Position numbers and translations under genes: made by a program. The notes beneath the pieces were generated by a model. The model did not search any database. It saw nothing but the letters and a program-made list of their open reading frames with translations, and was not told the DNA's origin. Positions 27,016 through 36,700 of a stretch of DNA of 64,000 nucleotides are shown here, one piece after another (position 1 is the first letter of the stretch; each line of letters starts with the position of its first letter). Origin of the DNA: Anaerolineales bacterium (GTDB taxonomy: Bacteria; Chloroflexota; Anaerolineae; Anaerolineales; UBA11579); NCBI GenBank assembly GCA_035291465.1, contig DATDRZ010000129.1, positions 34,656 through 98,655 of the forward strand, written 5' to 3'.

Positions 27016-28686
27016 ATGTCAAAAATGAAACTGATCAAATTAATAGGCCTGGTGGCAGTGGTCGGCCTGATCCTGGCTGCCTGCGCGCCCGCCCAGCCTG
27101 CCCCGGAACGCGGCGAATTTGGAGAACTGGCCGCCTTCGGTAACCTGAAGTTGGACGCCGGTAGCTGCGACTACGGCGGCCAGGTGCTTTCCGTCGAGGC
27201 CGTGGATGAATTGACGGTGGTGTTTACGCTCTGCCGCCCAGATCCGGCCTTCCTGGCCAAGGTGGCGTTTACTCCCTTTGGCATTCAGCCTGAGGAATAC
27301 ATCGCCTTCACCGGCGGCACTGGCGCAATGCTGGATGCCCCGGTTGGTACCGGTCCTTACATGGTGACCGAGTGGGTTCGCGGTGAGCAGGTCGTCTACA
27401 CTCGCTTCGACAACTACTGGGGCGAAAAGGCTCCTGCCCAAACGGCAGTGCTTCGCTTCCTGGTTGAACCTGCTGCCCGCTTACAAGAGCTGCAGGCTGG
27501 TACTGCTGACTATGTGACCAGCGTCAGCCCCGCCGACATGCCCACCGTTGAGGGAGATCCAAATCTTCAACTCATCCAACAGGATAACCCCAACATCTTG
27601 TACATCGGCTTTACCAATACCTTCCCTCCTTTTGACGATGTGCGTGTTCGCCAGGCCATTGCCATGGGCGTTGACCGCCAGCGCATCGTCGACAACTTCT
27701 ACCCCGCGGGATCGGAAGTAGCCTCTCACTTCACCCCGTGCTCCATCACCAACGGTTGTGAAGGTGATGCCTGGTACGACTTCGATCCAGAGGCCGCACG
27801 TGCTTTGTTGGCCGATGCCGGCTTCCCGGATGGATTTGAAACATCCATCTTTTATCGCGCGGCCTCTCGCCCGTACATCCTTGAACCCGGGCGTGTGGCC
27901 GTTGAGATCCAGACCCAACTTGCGGAGAATCTTGGTATCACTGCTGAAGTGGTCGAGATGGAATCAGGCGAATTCATCGACCAGTCCACCTCGGGTTTGC
28001 TGGATGGCATCCACCTGTTGGGCTGGGGTGCTGACTACCCGCACGTGACTAACTTCCTCGATTTCCACTTCGGCGAGGATAATCCGCAGTTCGGCAACGC
28101 ATATCCAGAGATCTTTGAACCTCTGCTAACTGCCTCCTCGATCGCTGATCCTGCTGAGTCTGCTCCGCTGTATGCTGAAGCCAACAATGCGATCCGCGAA
28201 CTGGTTCCGATGGTGCCGGTTGTTCATGGTGCTGTCTTCCATGCGGCTCGTGCCGATCTAGGTGGCGCTTACTATCCGCCTTATGGCGCCCCGCAGCTCT
28301 ACAAGATGGATCCGGGTGACGATGATCTGGTGTACATCCAGAACAACGAACCCATCAGCATGCTGTGCGCTGACGAAACCGACGGCGAATCGCTGACCGC
28401 TTGCCAGCAAGTCGTTGAGACTTTGTTGGAGTATGCAGATGACTCTGGCGACACGGTTCCCGAGCTGGCGACATCCTGCGATTCGAATGAAGATGCTACC
28501 GTTTGGACTTGCCATCTGCGTGACGGCGTCAAGTTCCACGATGGCTCCGACTTCGACGCGGACGACGTGGTGGCTTCATTTGCCTTTGGCCTGGATGCTG
28601 CCAACCCGTATCATGTCGGCAACACCGGCAGCTTCGACTACCCTGCCTACCTGTGGGGTGGTTTCATCAATGCACCGGCGGAGTAA
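27016..28686 (+). CDS. Peptide/nickel ABC transporter substrate-binding lipoprotein (family 5, OppA/DppA-like)
   Basis: Lipobox LILAAC, 556 aa, GTGPYMVTEW block. Confidence 0.9.
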   Translation: MSKMKLIKLIGLVAVVGLILAACAPAQPAPERGEFGELAAFGNLKLDAGSCDYGGQVLSVEAVDELTVVFTLCRPDPAFLAKVAFTPFGIQPEEYIAFTGGTGAMLDAPVGTGPYMVTEWVRGEQVVYTRFDNYWGEKAPAQTAVLRFLVEPAARLQELQAGTADYVTSVSPADMPTVEGDPNLQLIQQDNPNILYIGFTNTFPPFDDVRVRQAIAMGVDRQRIVDNFYPAGSEVASHFTPCSITNGCEGDAWYDFDPEAARALLADAGFPDGFETSIFYRAASRPYILEPGRVAVEIQTQLAENLGITAEVVEMESGEFIDQSTSGLLDGIHLLGWGADYPHVTNFLDFHFGEDNPQFGNAYPEIFEPLLTASSIADPAESAPLYAEANNAIRELVPMVPVVHGAVFHAARADLGGAYYPPYGAPQLYKMDPGDDDLVYIQNNEPISMLCADETDGESLTACQQVVETLLEYADDSGDTVPELATSCDSNEDATVWTCHLRDGVKFHDGSDFDADDVVASFAFGLDAANPYHVGNTGSFDYPAYLWGGFINAPAE

Positions 28687-28730
28687 TCTCAGATCCTGAG
28701 GTGAACCCCGAGGCTTAGAATTCAGTAAAA

Positions 28731-28778
28731 ACGCGGGATGGTGAGGCTGCATTGGCTGACCCATCCCGCGTCCTTTTA
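28731..28778 (+). terminator. Intra-operon hairpin after the SBP gene
   Basis: acgcgggatgg / ccatcccgcgt 11-bp stem followed by CCTTTTAT. Confidence 0.55.
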
Positions 28779-28788
28779 TAGGTCCTGA

Positions 28789-29868
28789 ATGTCGCAATAC
28801 ATTATCCGTCGCATTTTGCTGGCCATCCCGGTGGTGCTGGGGATCATGGTGGTTACCTTTATCATTGCCCGCGTCATTCCCGGTGACCCATGCCGCTCTG
28901 CGCTCGCCGAACATGCCACCGAGGCTGCCTGCGCCGCTTTTGCGGAGCGCTTTGGCTTGGATAAGCCGATCCTTGTGCAGCTGGGCATCTACATGGGCGA
29001 CGTTTTTACCGGTGATTTTGGAAATTCCATTCGCTTCCGTATTCCGGTCTCACAGTTATTGATTGAGCGATTACCGGTCACGCTTGAATTAGGTACTGCG
29101 GCGATGATCATCGCAGTGTTGATCGGCGTGCCGGCAGGCGTGATCTCTGCTGTGCGACGCAATTCCAGCGTCGATGTGGCTACCATGATCGGCGCCAACG
29201 TCGGCGTTTCTATGCCGGTGTATTGGCTGGGTTTAATGTTGGCATTCGTTTTTGCCATTCTGCTCAAGGACACTCCTTTTTGGCTCCCGCCTTCCGGGCG
29301 TTTGACGGCGGGTGTTTTACCGACTCCCTTTTATCAAGCCTGGGGCTTGCATCTGGTGAGCGGAACTCTGCTGTACACCATTTTCGATTTCATTTCCAAC
29401 TTTGCACTTTTCAATGCAATTATTACCTTCCAATGGAAGGTTTTGGGCGATGCCATCGTCCATTTGATTTTGCCTGCGGTTGCCCTCAGTACCATCCCCT
29501 TGTCGATCATTGCTCGTATTACTCGTTCCAGTATGCTGGATGTGCTGGGTCGAGAATATGTTCGCGCCGCGCGGGCCAAAGGGGTTCTTGAGAGCAAGGT
29601 CATACTCAAACACGCTCTGCGTAACGCATTGCTACCCGTAGTCACAGTCATTGGCCTGCAAACCGGAACCTTATTCGCAGGAGCAGTGTTGACCGAATCG
29701 ATTTTTGGTTTTTCCGGAGTTGGCCGCGCCTTGTTTGATGCCATAACCGGCCGAGATTATTACGTGATCCAGGCGTTCACCATCGTGATTGCCATTGGGT
29801 ACGTTTTCATCAATGCGGTGGTGGATATTTCTTATGCGTTCATCGATCCGCGCATCAAGTTGAGGTAA
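28789..29868 (+). CDS. Peptide ABC transporter permease (OppB/DppB-like)
   Basis: MSQYIIRRILLAIPVVLGIMVVTFII N-terminus and the EYVRAARAKG EAA motif. Confidence 0.9.
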   Translation: MSQYIIRRILLAIPVVLGIMVVTFIIARVIPGDPCRSALAEHATEAACAAFAERFGLDKPILVQLGIYMGDVFTGDFGNSIRFRIPVSQLLIERLPVTLELGTAAMIIAVLIGVPAGVISAVRRNSSVDVATMIGANVGVSMPVYWLGLMLAFVFAILLKDTPFWLPPSGRLTAGVLPTPFYQAWGLHLVSGTLLYTIFDFISNFALFNAIITFQWKVLGDAIVHLILPAVALSTIPLSIIARITRSSMLDVLGREYVRAARAKGVLESKVILKHALRNALLPVVTVIGLQTGTLFAGAVLTESIFGFSGVGRALFDAITGRDYYVIQAFTIVIAIGYVFINAVVDISYAFIDPRIKLR

Positions 29869-29871
29869 CGG

Positions 29872-30822
29872 TTGACAACTGGAACCGGCGTCATTCGTTC
29901 GGATACGGCAACCCAGGTTGTGCGCTCGCGCAGCCTGGCGGCTCTCACTCTGCGTAATCTGTTCAGGCAGCGCAATGCCATTATCGGCATGATCTTGTTG
30001 CTGCTGCTGGTCTTGATCGCAATTTTTGCGCCTGTGCTGGCTCCTTTTGATCCGATAATCAACTTTATTGGGGAGGAAGGCGTGGTGGATCGCCAGGCTC
30101 CCTGCATTCATTTACTGGGTTGCCCGGTCACCCAAACAGAGCATATTATGGGACTCGACGGAAATTTCCGCGATGAGTTCAGCCGGCTAATCTATGGCAC
30201 CCGTATCTCCCTGTATATTGGCTTTACAACCATCGGAATCGCGGTCATCGTGGGTGCATTCATCGGCGCCGTTTCCGGATATCTCGGTGGTTGGGCGGAC
30301 AATATAATTATGCGTTTCATGGATGTCATTTTGGCATTTCCCTCATTCTTGTTGGCGATCTTCATCATTACCATTCTGGGGCGAGGTCTGCAAAACGCTC
30401 TTTTGGCAATTGCCGTAGTCAATGTTCCTGTGTTTGCGCGCCTGGTGCGCGCCAGCGTGCTTTCATTAAAAGAACAGGAATTCGTGTCGGCCACCCGAGC
30501 ATTAGGCGCAAGTCACCTGCGCTTGCTTTTTGTTCGCATACTCCCCAATGCGTTGCCGACCCTGATCGTGCAAGCCACCCTTAGCATCGCGTCGGCAATT
30601 CTGGAAGCGGCTGCACTCTCATTTTTGGGCCTTGGGGCACAGGAACCGACCCCGGAGTGGGGGACCATGTTGGGCAGGGAACGCAACCAGGTGTTCACCG
30701 CGCCACATTTAGTCTTCTTCCCCGGCATCGCCATCATGATCACCGTGTTGTCCTTCAATTTGTTGGGCGACGGTTTACGCGACGCCATGGACCCGCGGCT
30801 GGGTCAAACTTCCAAAGCATAG
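29872..30822 (+). CDS. Peptide ABC transporter permease (OppC/DppC-like)
   Basis: TTG start 4 nt after GAGGT. EFVSATRALGAS EAA motif. Confidence 0.85.
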   Translation: MTTGTGVIRSDTATQVVRSRSLAALTLRNLFRQRNAIIGMILLLLLVLIAIFAPVLAPFDPIINFIGEEGVVDRQAPCIHLLGCPVTQTEHIMGLDGNFRDEFSRLIYGTRISLYIGFTTIGIAVIVGAFIGAVSGYLGGWADNIIMRFMDVILAFPSFLLAIFIITILGRGLQNALLAIAVVNVPVFARLVRASVLSLKEQEFVSATRALGASHLRLLFVRILPNALPTLIVQATLSIASAILEAAALSFLGLGAQEPTPEWGTMLGRERNQVFTAPHLVFFPGIAIMITVLSFNLLGDGLRDAMDPRLGQTSKA

Positions 30823-30845
30823 ACGCCCATTGAGCGACAGCACCG

Positions 30846-31853
30846 ATGCAAACACTGCTTGATGTCCGCGGCTTGAAAACATACTTCTACACCGAAGATG
30901 GCGTGTTGACTGCGGTGGATGGTGTGGATTTCACCGTGGGGAAAGGCGAGACCTTCGGGTTGGTAGGCGAGTCCGGCTGTGGCAAGAGTGTTTCCGCGCT
31001 CTCGGTTTTGCGGCTGGTTGATCCCCCCGGGAAGATCATCGGTGGGGAAGTGTTTCTTGAAGGAGATGACTTGTTCCTCAAGAAAGAACGCGAGATGGTG
31101 AAGATCCGCGGCCAACAAATCTCAATGATCTTCCAGCAGCCCAAGAGCAGCCTGAACCCGGTGTTCAGCATTGGTGACCAGATCGTGGAAGTTTTCCAGA
31201 TCCACGAAAAGATGGAAAAGGAAGAAGCCTGGAAGCACGCCGTGGACCTGTTGCGCCAGGTGGGCATTCCCGATGCGGAAAGCAAAGCGAGCGCGTATCC
31301 CCACGAGCTCTCCGGCGGCCAGGCGCAGCGCGTGATGATCGCCATGGCGCTGGCTTTGAAACCCAAACTGCTGATCGCCGATGAACCTACCACCGCACTG
31401 GATGTCACCATCCAGGCGCAGATCCTGGATCTCATTCGCCAGTTGAGCGCTCAGACCGGCACCTCAGTAATTTTGATCACCCACGATCTGGGCGTGATCG
31501 CCGAGATGGCGGACCGAGTTGCGGTGATGTATGCCGGACAAATTGTCGAAGAGACGGACACGAAAACCTTGTTCCGCAAACCGCTGCACCCATATACGCA
31601 AGGGTTGCACGATTCGATCCCCATCCTCGGCGAAGTAAAAGAACGCCTGGAAACCATTCACGGATCGGTGCCGAACCTGATCGGTCTTTCGAGGAATTGC
31701 CGCTTCGCCCCGCGCTGCAAGGCCCGAGAGCAATACAAGCTGGAGATTTGCTGGAACGTGGAGCCGAGCCTGATCGAGATCGAGCCCGAGCACAAGGTGC
31801 GCTGCTTCCTGTACGAATCTCATGGGGATCACAAAGCGCCGTTGCGACCATGA
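30846..31853 (+). CDS. Peptide ABC transporter ATP-binding protein (OppD/DppD-like)
   Basis: GESGCGKS, LSGGQAQRVMIAMAL and ADEPTTALD motifs, plus a C-terminal oligopeptide domain (CRFAPRC). Confidence 0.9.
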   Translation: MQTLLDVRGLKTYFYTEDGVLTAVDGVDFTVGKGETFGLVGESGCGKSVSALSVLRLVDPPGKIIGGEVFLEGDDLFLKKEREMVKIRGQQISMIFQQPKSSLNPVFSIGDQIVEVFQIHEKMEKEEAWKHAVDLLRQVGIPDAESKASAYPHELSGGQAQRVMIAMALALKPKLLIADEPTTALDVTIQAQILDLIRQLSAQTGTSVILITHDLGVIAEMADRVAVMYAGQIVEETDTKTLFRKPLHPYTQGLHDSIPILGEVKERLETIHGSVPNLIGLSRNCRFAPRCKAREQYKLEICWNVEPSLIEIEPEHKVRCFLYESHGDHKAPLRP

Positions 31854-31863
31854 ACGGACTTAT

Positions 31864-31998
31864 GTCATTTCGACGGAGCCGAAGGCTTAGGAGAAATCCC
31901 TTTGTTAACGGATTCCGGTTTCCGCGTCCCGGATCCAAAGGGATTCCTCTTCGGGCAACGCCGTTAAAAGCGGCGCTAAACGCCCTCATCGGAATGAC
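31864..31998. repeat. About 135-bp extended imperfect palindrome (REP/MITE-like) between oppD and oppF
   Basis: GTCATTTCGA...TCGGAATGAC termini. Nested arms AGGAGAAATCCCTTTG / CAAAGGGATTCCTCT and CGGATTCCGG / CCCGGATCC. Confidence 0.7.
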
Positions 31999-32032
31999 AA
32001 TGTCGCGTGGCAACCTGAGTTAATTATCGAAT

Positions 32033-33031
32033 ATGGCTGCGAACTCAAACTCACGCGAAAACATCATCGAGGTCAAAGATCTCGTCAAATACTTCCCCGT
32101 CTACGAAGGACTGCTGCGCCGTAAGGTGGCCGATGTCAAAGCCGTGGACGGCGTCAGCTTCGATATCAAAAAAGGGGAAACGTTGGGGTTGGTGGGCGAA
32201 TCGGGCTGCGGAAAGACCACGGTAGCCATGACCATGTTGCGCCTGGTCGAGCCGACGTCGGGCGAGGTGTTGTTCCGCGGGCAAGATGTCTTTGCAGCGC
32301 GAGGCAGCGAACTCAAAGATCTGCGTCGCAAAATCCAAATTGTGTTCCAGGATCCATACGCTTCGTTAGACCCGCGGTTGCCGGTGGGCGACGCGATCAC
32401 CGAGGGGCTGGTCATCCACAATATCGGCAATCGCAATGAGCGATACGAAAAACTCCTCGCCACACTGAAACTGGTAGGGCTCGAAGAGTACCACGCCAAT
32501 CGCTACCCCCATGAATTTTCCGGCGGCCAGCGCCAGCGCATCGGCATCGCCCGCGCCCTGATGCTGGATCCCGAGTTCCTGATCCTGGACGAGCCGGTTT
32601 CCGCGCTCGACGTTTCCATTCAGGCCCAGGTGTTGAACATCCTGAAAGATCTGCAGGAACAGCTAGGCTTGACTTACATGTTCGTGGCCCACAACCTGGC
32701 AGTGGTCGAGCACATCTCCGATCGTGTGGCCGTGATGTACCTGGGGCTCATCGCCGAGATCGCAACCCGTGAAGATTTGTTCAAGCAGCCGCTGCATCCG
32801 TATACGCAGGCGCTGCTCTCCGCCATCCCTATGCCCGACCCTGAGCGCGAGAAGCAGCGCACGATCCTCAGCGGCGATGTGCCCAGCCCGCTGAATCCGC
32901 CCTCGGGCTGCCGCTTTCACCCCCGCTGCCCTATTGCGCGCTTGTCGCACTGTTCCGTAGAAGGACCGCAACTGCGCGAACTGCGCCCAAACCACTGGGT
33001 CGCTTGCCATTATGCGGAAGATTATCTATAA
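32033..33031 (+). CDS. Peptide ABC transporter ATP-binding protein (OppF/DppF-like)
   Basis: [33 protein letters not shown] and CRFHPRC motifs. Confidence 0.9.
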   Translation: MAANSNSRENIIEVKDLVKYFPVYEGLLRRKVADVKAVDGVSFDIKKGETLGLVGESGCGKTTVAMTMLRLVEPTSGEVLFRGQDVFAARGSELKDLRRKIQIVFQDPYASLDPRLPVGDAITEGLVIHNIGNRNERYEKLLATLKLVGLEEYHANRYPHEFSGGQRQRIGIARALMLDPEFLILDEPVSALDVSIQAQVLNILKDLQEQLGLTYMFVAHNLAVVEHISDRVAVMYLGLIAEIATREDLFKQPLHPYTQALLSAIPMPDPEREKQRTILSGDVPSPLNPPSGCRFHPRCPIARLSHCSVEGPQLRELRPNHWVACHYAEDYL

Positions 33032-33086
33032 GCTTAGCCACAGATAAACACGGATAACACAGATAAGCACTGCTAGTTCCTTGATA

Positions 33087-33141
33087 GGCGGCTGTTGTAC
33101 TGCCGCTATTTGTATTGAGCCCGACAGTACAACTGTCGGGC
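33087..33141 (+). terminator. Two adjacent hairpins after oppF (operon terminator candidates)
   Basis: gcggc-ctgttgtact-gccgc followed by TATTTGTATT, then gcccgacag-tacaa-ctgtcgggc (9-bp perfect stem). Confidence 0.5.
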
Positions 33142-33304
33142 ATCGAATGCGGCAATATATGACCCGCGGATCAACGCGACTAATATTGGATAGTAGTTGG
33201 GCTCTCGCTTTCCCTTCTTGAACTAAGCGTGCCTATCGCTTTTGAGTACTGTCCCTGTTTGGTAGCAAAACTCAACCCAGGATTTTGCGGGCGAAAGCGA
33301 ACAT

Positions 33305-33402
33305 GTACAGCGGGTGGTGGTGCCCAACCGATTGTATGTGTTGGATGGGACGACGGTTAATCTTATTTAGCCAAAATAGCTGGGCACTTGCACCCGCTGT
33401 AC
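33305..33402 (+). other. Long-range helix enclosing about 55 nt in the non-coding region upstream of the giant gene (unassigned structured element)
   Basis: GTACAGCGGGTG-gtgg-TGCCCA ... TGGGCA-cttg-CACCCGCTGTAC is 12+6 bp with a symmetric 4-nt internal loop. Confidence 0.3.
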
Positions 33403-33606
33403 CTTATCTAGAACGCGCAGCAATTGAACTGCAACGCGAATGCGTGAGATCCGCCGGTGCGACTGGCGGACTCACTGGGCCTCGGAGGAATTTCTATAAA
33501 TCACGTCAGGTAACCGCAAGCCTGGCGCCACCCTGCAAGGCGAAACTCGGGTAGTGATGCCTCTGGGTCCCGGAAAAAAGGACAGGTCAGGTTGGCCATT
33601 GCTACC

Positions 33607-33635
33607 TTGCAAATAAGTAAGGGATAAATTATAGT
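33607..33635 (+). promoter_or_regulatory. Candidate promoter of the giant beta-helix gene (TTGCAA-17-TATAGT)
   Basis: 17-nt spacer. About 75 nt upstream of ATG 33713, which has SD AGGAGGAG. Confidence 0.45.
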
Positions 33636-33712
33636 TTGTCCATGATGGGTGGAAAGCGACTCAAGCGGCAGTACAGATCACAAACATCAAATCCATAATC
33701 AGGAGGAGTGAA

Positions 33713-36700
33713 ATGAAAGCCTTGATGTCTGTTCGCGTTCTTTTAGGCAGTATGTTTTCCGCGCTTATTCTCAGCGCCATTTTGTCGTTTCCGGCCATGG
33801 CTGAAGGGGACGAGCCGCCTTCCGATCCCGTTCCTACTGCAGAATCGGATCATGCCGGCGAGCCGCTGACCGAGGAGGGAGAGGAAGTGCAAACAATGGA
33901 AACGGTTCCTGCCATTGTAGATAATCCTGGGGGAACAGGCGAATCTGGAACTGCAGGAGGTACGGAAAGTCAGGATGAAATAGGACCCGCGGGTGATTCC
34001 GGTGATACTCCCCTCCTGCCAGCAGAGATCCCGACGGACATGGGTTTGATAGTTGTGGCGGAGGATGGGACTCCCCTGCCCTTGGCCAGCGAGGAAGCCG
34101 CGGAACTCATAGAAGTCATCGATCCCCGCTGGTGCCCGGTGGGAGTGACGCCTGGTGGAGCGAGTTGCACAGCTCCTTACACCAGCCTGTGGCTGTTGAT
34201 CAAAGCTATCGCTGACGGCGATATTCCGGAGCCGTCTACCAACGGCGTGATCTGGATCCAGGCGGGCGAGGACCAGTCCAATTTCGATATTGTTATGGAT
34301 GGAAATGCCGCACATTTTACGAATTGGGCAAAATATCAATTAACTCTTAAAGGTGGCTGGAGCGGCGGAAACAATACCAGTATCAATATATCTAACCCAT
34401 CGGTATTCGATCAAAGCATCTCGATTCTCAATTGGGGCAATTATGTGGGTTTAAGTGATATTACTTTTGACGGTGGTGGGTTGGAGATCAGTACCACCGG
34501 CAAAGTAACCTTGACTCGTGTTCACGTAAAGAATGGCAGCGGCGCGGAGATCGACAATGATGCCGGAATCCAGGATGTCGTCATCACCTCCAGCGAATTT
34601 TCAGATAATACTGGGGCTGGTCTGACGGTTTTCTCAAAAGGAGCTATTACGCTCAATAATGTGAGCGCGATAAATAACGCAGGCGACGGCGCCAACCTCA
34701 ATAATGCAGGTGGCGTGGCAAAAGCCGTTACCCTGAACGGGACGAACATTTTTGCCGAGAATGAGGGATCTGGCTTGGTCATCCGCAGCAAAGGGGCAAT
34801 CACAATTAACAACCTGATCGCAAACGCCAATGGAGCCTATGGCGCCGATTTGGCGAATGACACAGCATCTACCGCGCAACCCGTGTACTTGAAATACAGC
34901 AATGAATTCAAATACAACGGCTCGACCGGCCTGCTGATCAACTCGGTAGGCACGGTCACTCTGACCAAAATCACCGCGATCCACAACAGCGGCGATGGAA
35001 CGCTCATCGATAACACCGGTCCCTTTTACGCCAACGTCACCATCAACGGCGTGAACCAGTTTAGTTACAACGGCACGGATGGGCTAGTGGTGTCCAGCTC
35101 CGGGAATATCACGCTATATAACGTGTCCGCTACCAACAACGGCCTTGGCGGAGTCTGCGGCTCGGGTGCCATCCTGGACAACTCGAGTGTTGCATTTCCG
35201 AAATCAGTGGTGCTGAAAGGGGCAAATACGTTCGGCCTGAACTTGGATGATGGTTTGGTTATTGATAGCTATGGGGCCATCACCATCAATAACCTCATTG
35301 CCAGCGGAATCGAAAACGGGTCCGGGGCGCTGCTGAATAACCGGATTCAGGCAACCAACCAGCAAAACGTAACACTTACCGGTCTGACAGTAGCAGATGA
35401 CAACGGAGGCTTTGGCCTGCAGATATCCAGCTTTGGGAATGTCAGCATCGGCAAGTTGGCCGCCAGCAGGAATGGTGAAACAGGGTTGGAAATTGTGAAC
35501 GACGCGGGTATCTACCCAAGGAATGTGTTGCTGGCTGGAGGAGCAATGCTGAATGAGAACAGTGGCACAGGGCTTGACGTGACCAGCGCAGGGGCGATTA
35601 CGGTCACCAGCCTACTGGCCAATGGCAATGGCCTGGCTGGCGCAAGCCTGGACAATTCACCTGGCAAGGCCCCAGTCACGATAAAGGGCATCAACGGCTT
35701 TTCCGGCAATCTGGGCGGGCGAGGGCTGGAGGTTTCCAGCCAGGGCAATATCACGCTCTACAATTTTGTAGCTAGCGACAATTCTGGAGACGGTGTTTAT
35801 TTGAACAATGGATTTTCTGGAGCTACGGGAAATGTAAGCATAGTTACCTCTGTAGCCAAATGGTGCAATGAAGCCAACTGGAATGCCGGGTCCGGCATCA
35901 GCATCAAAAGCAATGGGGCCGTGGCGGCAAGCAACCTTTGTGCCGAAGGGAATGGGAGCATCGCCACGCCGGGATACGGTGCCTTAATTGATAACCACAA
36001 CGCGCTGGGTATCAAATCGGTCACCCTTACAGGTGGCAATTCATTTACTCAGAATTACACAGGTGGGATAAAGATCCTGAGTGCGGGCGCGATGAAGCTC
36101 ACTAACATTACTGCCTCACAAAGCATCAAAGGCCCTGGAGCTGAGTTCAACAACACCCATAGCGGCGTGATTTCACCCCAGCTCATCAGTATTTCGGGGA
36201 CGAATTCCTTTTCGGCCAACTATGGGAACGGATTGACTATCCTCTCCTATGGCGCCATCAGCGCAAGCAACCTGAATGCAAGCAGCAACGGAGCCAACGA
36301 TGGCAGCGGCTATGGCGCACGGATTGACAATTGCGGCGCCGTCGAGGGCGCCTGCACGGCCCAGCTGGCCAGGCCGGTCACTTTGACTGGTCAAAATTCA
36401 TTCAACCTGAATTCGGAGTATGGGCTGACGCTAAGCAGCTTGGGCGCAATCACTGTCAATAAAGTTCGGGCTCAATTGAACGACGAAAGCGGTGCGGAAA
36501 TCAAGAATGATTTCCCAGGAGCCACCGCCGGGATCACAATTGTCGGATTCGCTATCTTTAATGAGAATGAAGTCAATGGATTGGAGATTGCCAGCCGGGG
36601 ATTCGTATCGCTAGCAAACCTTCAGGCTTCTGAGAACGGTGCCTTCGGGGCGACCGTAAGCAATTTGAACTCCCCGTTTTCCAAAGGGATTACCTTGCTG

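Noticed and set aside
26943-27143. 66-aa ORF starting at a GTG next to AAGGAGG upstream of, and overlapping, the peptide SBP gene.
   Set aside because: The SD-to-GTG spacing is only 1 nt. The ORF runs out of frame through the SBP signal peptide. The SBP gene has its own AGGAG-9 nt-ATG.
33285-33554. 89-aa ORF in the large non-coding gap.
   Set aside because: It has a TTG start without an SD, a Cys/Trp/Arg-rich composition, and overlaps strong RNA helices. It is most likely non-coding.
33500-33600. SRP/4.5S-like (GTCAGGT...ACAGGTCAGGT) or c-di-GMP riboswitch-like (CCGCAAGCC, GGCGAAAC) strings upstream of the giant gene.
   Set aside because: Only short word matches were found. The conserved SRP domain IV loops (GGAA tetraloop, AGCA) and the GEMM-I order of tetraloop and receptor helices are not present.
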